Source: an uncultured archaeon
Lineage (GTDB): Archaea; Iainarchaeota; Iainarchaeia; Iainarchaeales; CSSED10-239
DNA length: 32,000 nt
Assembly: GCA_964496765.1 (NCBI GenBank)
Contig: CAZCAP010000002.1
Coordinates: forward strand, 30,001 to 62,000
Direction: 5' to 3'
Part shown: in pieces, positions 26,632 through 32,000 of the stretch
How positions within the stretch are numbered: the stretch's first letter is position 1
Layout of the letters: the number at the start of each line of letters is the position of its first letter
Position numbers and translations under genes: made by a program
The notes under the pieces: generated by a model
The model's database searches: none
What the model was told of the DNA's origin: nothing
What the model saw: only the letters and a program-made list of their open reading frames with translations

Positions 26632-27810
26632 ATGAAAAAAACTATATTTTTAGTGGTGCTATTAATATTAGCAATTATTGCTATGCCAATAATAAATGCA
26701 GAAAAAATATCTGAAAAAACTCTGTTGGATCTGGGATATAATGATTTCAGTATAGATAAAATGAATTCTGATTGTAAGAGTTACACATTAACTGATGTTT
26801 CGTTGGATGCATCAGCAAACTATGTGCTTCAATTAAAAATTGCAAATTATATTCCTTTAAACCAGAAGGATAACGTTACCATAAAAACATACCTAAACAA
26901 CGCACTTGTTAAGGAAATTAAAAATGAAGATATAAAAGAGCGTAATCTTATTGAACTTGTTGATTATCAGAATAACAGTACACTAAGTATTTGTGTGGAT
27001 AATAATTTCATTCCAAGACTAGTAATCTCAAAATATACAATAGTTGGTAGTTACCTATTGCCAGTTATTAGAGAATCTGATTTTTACCAAGTGGTTCCAG
27101 ATAAGATTTATAAAAACACACTAACTCCTGTAGATATATTTGTTAAAAATAGTGGAGTTAGAGATATATCAGTAGTTATTTTTAATGCAAGTAAAGAGTT
27201 TTCAAAGAATTCAAGCCTAGATAATGTATCTGGGGAAACAACCTTCGAAGGAATAATAAAAGCAGGAGAGACAAAAAATTTAAAGTATTTTATTAAAACA
27301 TCAAATGAAACTAATTACGTAACTCCTAGAGCAACATTAAAATACACAAACGAATTTGGAGAAGAAATCACAATATACACACAACAGGAAAAAATTAAAA
27401 TAAATGATCTACAAACTAAATTAGATATTTCTCTAGAAATAAACAGAGAAATCACAACAAAGGTTGATTCGTTTGGTAAAATAATATTAAGGAATGTTTC
27501 TGAAGATGATCTAGAAAATATATACATAGTTCCTAAATTTGATGGAACAATAGAAGTGTATACTCCACAGATAGCAAGATTGGATAGAAAAGAGGTTGTT
27601 GAAATTCAATTCAAATTAAATACATTAGTATCTAAGGATCATGATCTAAGCTTCAATATCTATTATGACACTCCAACTGAAAGTAATAAAAATGTTGGTT
27701 CACAGAAAATAACAATCACATCTGTTCCAGAGGATAACACAAACACACAAATTATTGCTGTTCTTATTGCAATAACTTTTGTTTTGTTTATTTGGATATT
27801 TAAATTTTAA
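26632..27810 (+). CDS. Secreted protein with tandem beta-sandwich (CARDB-like) domains and C-terminal TM
   Basis: 392 aa; signal peptide 'MKKTIFLVVLLILAIIAMPIINA', beta-rich repeats ('NTLTPVDIFVKNSGVRDISVVIFNASKEF'), C-terminal 'IIAVLIAITFVLFIWIFKF'. Confidence 0.7.
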   Translation: MKKTIFLVVLLILAIIAMPIINAEKISEKTLLDLGYNDFSIDKMNSDCKSYTLTDVSLDASANYVLQLKIANYIPLNQKDNVTIKTYLNNALVKEIKNEDIKERNLIELVDYQNNSTLSICVDNNFIPRLVISKYTIVGSYLLPVIRESDFYQVVPDKIYKNTLTPVDIFVKNSGVRDISVVIFNASKEFSKNSSLDNVSGETTFEGIIKAGETKNLKYFIKTSNETNYVTPRATLKYTNEFGEEITIYTQQEKIKINDLQTKLDISLEINREITTKVDSFGKIILRNVSEDDLENIYIVPKFDGTIEVYTPQIARLDRKEVVEIQFKLNTLVSKDHDLSFNIYYDTPTESNKNVGSQKITITSVPEDNTNTQIIAVLIAITFVLFIWIFKF

Positions 27811-29576
27811 ATGATCCTCTTAAACATCTTTTCTATTTCTTTTTGAGAGAAATAAATTATGGTTGGTCTACCATGTGCACAAATGGTTTTATCTTCACAA
27901 TTTTCTAAATCAGAAATAAGTTTTACTTGTTCTAAATAAGTTAGTGGCTTATTTGCTTTAATAGAGTTCTTACATGTGAATAATTTAATTAAATTATCTT
28001 TTAGTTTATCTACTGTGTTTTCCTTATTTTTCAGATCTTCTAGGGTATTTATAAAATAATTAACATCTAAATAGTTGTTTAGGAACTTGGGGATTGTGCT
28101 GAGGAAATAGTCTTGCTTTTGTTTTTCAATCACAAAACCAAGTATAGCTAATTCACCTTTATTTTTTTGAATCATATCTTTCTGATCTTCAGAAAGCTTA
28201 TCTAATTTTATTCCAGAAATTAATTTTTGTTTATCAAAACTAGATCCATGTGTTAATCTATTTTTTTCAAGATTAATTCTTTCTGCGGCCGCGTGTTGAT
28301 CAACAAGCAACGTACCTGTTGTGGTTTCACAAACTATATAAGTATCATGAACCTGACCAATCACTTTTGTGATTTGGTGATTATTTAATTGCAAAGTATT
28401 TGGTTTTTGAGGGGCAGAAGTATTTGAGGAGTATATGCTTGATTGAGTTTTCTTAAAGTCTGTAAGAATTGATTTGGATGAATCAAAAAATGCATAGCTA
28501 GAATTAATTTTATTAGTTGATGAATTTTTTTGATCTTTGCTTAGGGTAGGAATAGAAAAGGAAAAGTCACCAAGAGATCTCGAAATTACAACATCATCTT
28601 TTTCTCTATATAGCTCTTTTTCAATAGCTTCTTTTAATAGGGAAAGAAAGATCATCTCATTTTGAAGTTTTACTATTCTTTTCTTTGGGTGTACGTTCAC
28701 ATCTATTGTTTTTGGATCTAATTCAATAAACAAAACAAAGAATGGTTTTTGTTGTACCATTAAATAATCTCTATAGCAGGAGGTTATTGTTTTTTGAACA
28801 TGGGTTGAATAAACATATCTTTTGTTAATAAACAAAAAGTTGGTTGGAAAATAAAATTGGTTGGTTGGTGCACTAATTAACCCAGATAATTTAAATAAAT
28901 CAGTAGATGTATTGATTGGAATGGTTTTGCTTTTAATATCAATTCCAAAAATTTGATTATATCTTTGTTCTTTTGTTGAACTAGGGAAAATAGTTTTTTT
29001 CTTTTCAGAATCAAAGGAAAAACGAATATCGGGATATAGTAAAACATAGGCAAGAAACATATCATATATTAAAGTAAATTCGGCTGATTTTGATTTTAAA
29101 AATTTCTTTCTTACTGGTTGGTTATAAAATAAATCCTTAACTATAATTGAGGTTCCTTTTTGGGAGGTGATTTCTTTTATTACATTATTTTCTAAAACAC
29201 ACCCTTTTCCTGTATCATCTGTGGAGGTAATGATTACTAATCTAGAAACTGCATTTACACTAGCGAGTGCTTCTCCTCTAAAACCAAATGTATCTAATGA
29301 ATATAATTCATCTATGTTTGTTAATTTACTTGTTGTGTGGCGTTCTGTACAAATTTCTAAATCAGATTTAGATATACCAATTCCATCATCTTTAATTTCT
29401 AATAAATCAATTCCTGAATTTTTAATAGATATAGAAATTTGTTTAGCACCTGCGTCTATTGAATTTTCAATAAGTTCTTTAAGTATATCTACTGGTCCTT
29501 CTATTACTTCACCAGCACTAATTAAATTTATTGTTTTTTCATTTAGTTTTTTGATCACCATACAATCACAGGTCAT
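27807..29576 (-). CDS. mutL: DNA mismatch repair protein MutL (endonuclease-type)
   Basis: ~589 aa; 'ISAGEVIEGPVDILKELIENSIDAGAK', 'DTFGFRGEALASV', 'DQHAAAERINLE', 'CAHGRP'. Start overlaps the mutS stop (ATGA). Confidence 0.95.
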   Translation of the reverse strand: MTCDCMVIKKLNEKTINLISAGEVIEGPVDILKELIENSIDAGAKQISISIKNSGIDLLEIKDDGIGISKSDLEICTERHTTSKLTNIDELYSLDTFGFRGEALASVNAVSRLVIITSTDDTGKGCVLENNVIKEITSQKGTSIIVKDLFYNQPVRKKFLKSKSAEFTLIYDMFLAYVLLYPDIRFSFDSEKKKTIFPSSTKEQRYNQIFGIDIKSKTIPINTSTDLFKLSGLISAPTNQFYFPTNFLFINKRYVYSTHVQKTITSCYRDYLMVQQKPFFVLFIELDPKTIDVNVHPKKRIVKLQNEMIFLSLLKEAIEKELYREKDDVVISRSLGDFSFSIPTLSKDQKNSSTNKINSSYAFFDSSKSILTDFKKTQSSIYSSNTSAPQKPNTLQLNNHQITKVIGQVHDTYIVCETTTGTLLVDQHAAAERINLEKNRLTHGSSFDKQKLISGIKLDKLSEDQKDMIQKNKGELAILGFVIEKQKQDYFLSTIPKFLNNYLDVNYFINTLEDLKNKENTVDKLKDNLIKLFTCKNSIKANKPLTYLEQVKLISDLENCEDKTICAHGRPTIIYFSQKEIEKMFKRII

Positions 29577-32000
29577 TCTTTATAATCAGTAATTTCTTTT
29601 TGAGGTTTAATTTTTCTTGGATCTCCAGGAGATGGAGATTCATTTTTTGTATTTAAATCCTTTGAAGAGTTTAATTTAAGGAATTCATCATCTTCTAAAG
29701 CTTTTTGAATTACTAATGCATTTTGAATTACAGTATCAGAAATTCCTGCCATTTTTGCAACCTGAATACCATAACTCTTGTTTATACCACCAATCATTAG
29801 TTTATGATAGAAATGAAGGTTTGATCCTTCTTCCTCTGCAGTAACATGATAATTATTTAATCCATCATACTTCTCTTGCATTCTGTTTAATAAATGATAA
29901 TGAGTTGCAACCAGAGTCTTACATTTTGTTTCATTGTTTAATTGGTCAACAATCGCCCATGCTAAACTTAATCCATCATAGGTACTTGTTCCTCTTCCAA
30001 TCTCATCAAGTATCACAAATGAGTTTTTGGTTGCGTGATTAAGAATATACGCAACTTCTGACATTTCAACAAGAAAAGTACTTTGACCATGAAGAATATC
30101 ATCGGAGGCACCAACCCTTGTAAAAACACCATCAACAATTCCAATCTCTGAATCAGTTGCAGGAATGAAAGAACCCATTTGTCCAAGAATTATAGCAAGA
30201 CATACACTTCTCATATAACTACTTTTTCCTGCCATATTTGGACCAGTAATTATCATTGTCCTATTACTATTTGTTAAATCACAATCATTTGGAATGAAAT
30301 CCACTAGCGTCTCAATTATTGGATGTCTTAAATCTTTAAAATAAACTTTATCGGATGTTGTTAATTTTGGTTTAGAGTAATTATTAGATATTGCTATTTT
30401 TGCATGAGAAGCACAAGTATCTAGTGCACCCAATTGCTTTGCAATAGATTGTATTTGTTCTTGGAATTTAATTACAAATTTACATATATCCAAGAAAATA
30501 ATATATTCTAACTCTATCCTCTTATCTTCTGAATTTAAATATATTCCTTCTTTTTCAATTAATTCTTTTGTTGTGAATCTTTCTGCATTTACTAACGTTT
30601 GTTTTCTTTCAAAATAATCAGGAACTGTTTTTAATTGTGCCTTAGGAACTTCAATATAGTAGCCATAGACTTTGTTATATTTTAGTTTTAAGGATTTAAT
30701 GTTTGTTTCATTTCTTAGTCTTGCTTCAAATTCAACAACCCAGGAATTTATGTATTTATGAGTATTTATTAAATCACTTAATTCCTTTGAATAATTTGGG
30801 TTAATAAATTTACCATCTCTCACACTAAATGGAGGGTCTTCAACTATTGATTCATCTAACACCTTTCTTAATTCTTCAAGATCGATTAGATTATCCCTAA
30901 TTAATTTTAAATTTATTGAATTAGTGTCCAACAGAGTTGATTTTATTTTTGGAATTACCTCTAAACTTTGACGAAGAGAAACTAAATCCCTTGGAGATGC
31001 ATTTCCAAATCCAACTTTACTTATGACCCTATCCAAATCACTAATGTAAGCTAAATCATTAGTTATGTTTTCAAGTAGGGTATAATCTTCAATGAATTCA
31101 CTAACTGAATCTTGTATTCTAGTTGCCTCTGATTTATCTAGAAGAGGATGAAGTATATCGAAATAAAGTTTTCTAAATCCCATTGCGGTTTTGGTTTTAT
31201 TAATTAGATTAAATAAAGAATCTTTGTGGGTGTTATCCTGGAGATTTGTAATTAATTCTAGGTTTCTCACAGTTTTTTTATCTAACTTAAGATATTTATT
31301 AGAATCTAGTTGTTTAATTGTATTAATGTATTTTAATTCAGAAAATTGTGTTTCTTTTAAATATTTAAGTGCATTATATGCAGATATATAGGTTTCATTA
31401 TTATTGATTCCAAAAGAATCAAGAGTTTTTAAATTAAAATGATTCTTAAGTTCTTCTTCAGAAAGATTTGAATCTAAATTATCTGTGTAATTTATGATTG
31501 TATGTGGAATTATTTTTTTAATATTATCAATAATCGTTTGATATTTTAAAATATTTTTTGTTAATATTAATTCTTTTGGTTTAATCAAACTCAATTCATT
31601 AAAAATATCATTTACTGTAGTAAAAAAACCAATCTTAAACTCACCGGTTGTAATATCAACCAGAGAAAACCCAAAAGCATCTTTAATTTGAGAGATTGAA
31701 CATAAAAAATTATTTTCATAGGATTCTGAAAATAAAGTACTAGGTGTTATTACTCTAGTTACTGCTCTTTTTACAATTCCTTTAGCTAATTTGGGATTTT
31801 CTACTTGTTCGCAAACAACAACCTTCTTTCCTGCCTTAATTAGCTTGTTTATGTATGGATCTATTGAGTGGTATGGAATTCCTGCGAGTGGTGCCTCTGT
31901 TTCACCCTTACCTCTCTTTGTTAATGTTATATTTAGTATTAGAGACGCTGTTTTAGCATCATCATAAAACATTTCATAAAAATCTCCTGCCCTAAATAAC
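29573..32000 (-). CDS. mutS: DNA mismatch repair protein MutS (N-terminus runs off the window edge)
   Basis: Frame stays open past the track start at 31972: reverse strand reads 'LFRAGDFYEMFYDDAKTAS'. 'TGPNMAGKSSYMRS', 'FTRVGASDDILHGQSTFLVEM', 'ILDEIGRGTSTYDGLSLAWA' are MutS1 hallmarks. Confidence 0.96.
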   Translation of the reverse strand, partial: LFRAGDFYEMFYDDAKTASLILNITLTKRGKGETEAPLAGIPYHSIDPYINKLIKAGKKVVVCEQVENPKLAKGIVKRAVTRVITPSTLFSESYENNFLCSISQIKDAFGFSLVDITTGEFKIGFFTTVNDIFNELSLIKPKELILTKNILKYQTIIDNIKKIIPHTIINYTDNLDSNLSEEELKNHFNLKTLDSFGINNNETYISAYNALKYLKETQFSELKYINTIKQLDSNKYLKLDKKTVRNLELITNLQDNTHKDSLFNLINKTKTAMGFRKLYFDILHPLLDKSEATRIQDSVSEFIEDYTLLENITNDLAYISDLDRVISKVGFGNASPRDLVSLRQSLEVIPKIKSTLLDTNSINLKLIRDNLIDLEELRKVLDESIVEDPPFSVRDGKFINPNYSKELSDLINTHKYINSWVVEFEARLRNETNIKSLKLKYNKVYGYYIEVPKAQLKTVPDYFERKQTLVNAERFTTKELIEKEGIYLNSEDKRIELEYIIFLDICKFVIKFQEQIQSIAKQLGALDTCASHAKIAISNNYSKPKLTTSDKVYFKDLRHPIIETLVDFIPNDCDLTNSNRTMIITGPNMAGKSSYMRSVCLAIILGQMGSFIPATDSEIGIVDGVFTRVGASDDILHGQSTFLVEMSEVAYILNHATKNSFVILDEIGRGTSTYDGLSLAWAIVDQLNNETKCKTLVATHYHLLNRMQEKYDGLNNYHVTAEEEGSNLHFYHKLMIGGINKSYGIQVAKMAGISDTVIQNALVIQKALEDDEFLKLNSSKDLNTKNESPSPGDPRKIKPQKEITDYKE

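Noticed and set aside
28285-28292. GCGGCCGC (NotI-like) GC island in an AT-rich genome, considered as a cloning/assembly artefact
   Set aside because: It encodes part of the Ala run within the conserved MutL 'DQHAAAER' motif, so it is explained by protein coding.
1-32000. CRISPR array, transposon or prophage island
   Set aside because: No regularly spaced repeats, no transposase/integrase/phage structural proteins recognised; most of the window is housekeeping genes.

Overview
AT-rich, gene-dense archaeal chromosome segment. It carries archaeal uS15, eS1, uS10 and EF-1alpha, both PolD subunits, archaeal-type SecD/SecF, Taw3, archaeal Elp3, and DUF373, DUF92 and UPF0147 families. Gene content, small divergent proteins and composition suggest a DPANN-type lineage (inference only; no phylogeny run). 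I found no CRISPR array, transposon, tRNA or rRNA. Observations worth following up: (1) an archaeosortase/exosortase-like protein with Cys/Arg/His intact, directly downstream of a DUF92 (phytyl-phosphate-kinase-like) membrane protein; (2) a membrane-anchored coiled-coil protein with a transglutaminase-like Cys-His-Asp C-terminus, divergent from EF-1alpha; (3) a short RqcH/NEMF-like protein with no NFACT-R domain; (4) a wHTH gene followed by a small Rossmann/CARF-like gene, reminiscent of a split Csa3-like sensor, leading into a 1185-aa surface protein with membrane-anchoring signals at both ends; (5) a bacterial-type mutS-mutL pair with start/stop overlap and an intact MutL endonuclease motif; (6) altered active-site or GTPase motifs in PolD DP1 and in a NOG1-like GTPase. 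All family calls are from motif recognition by eye.
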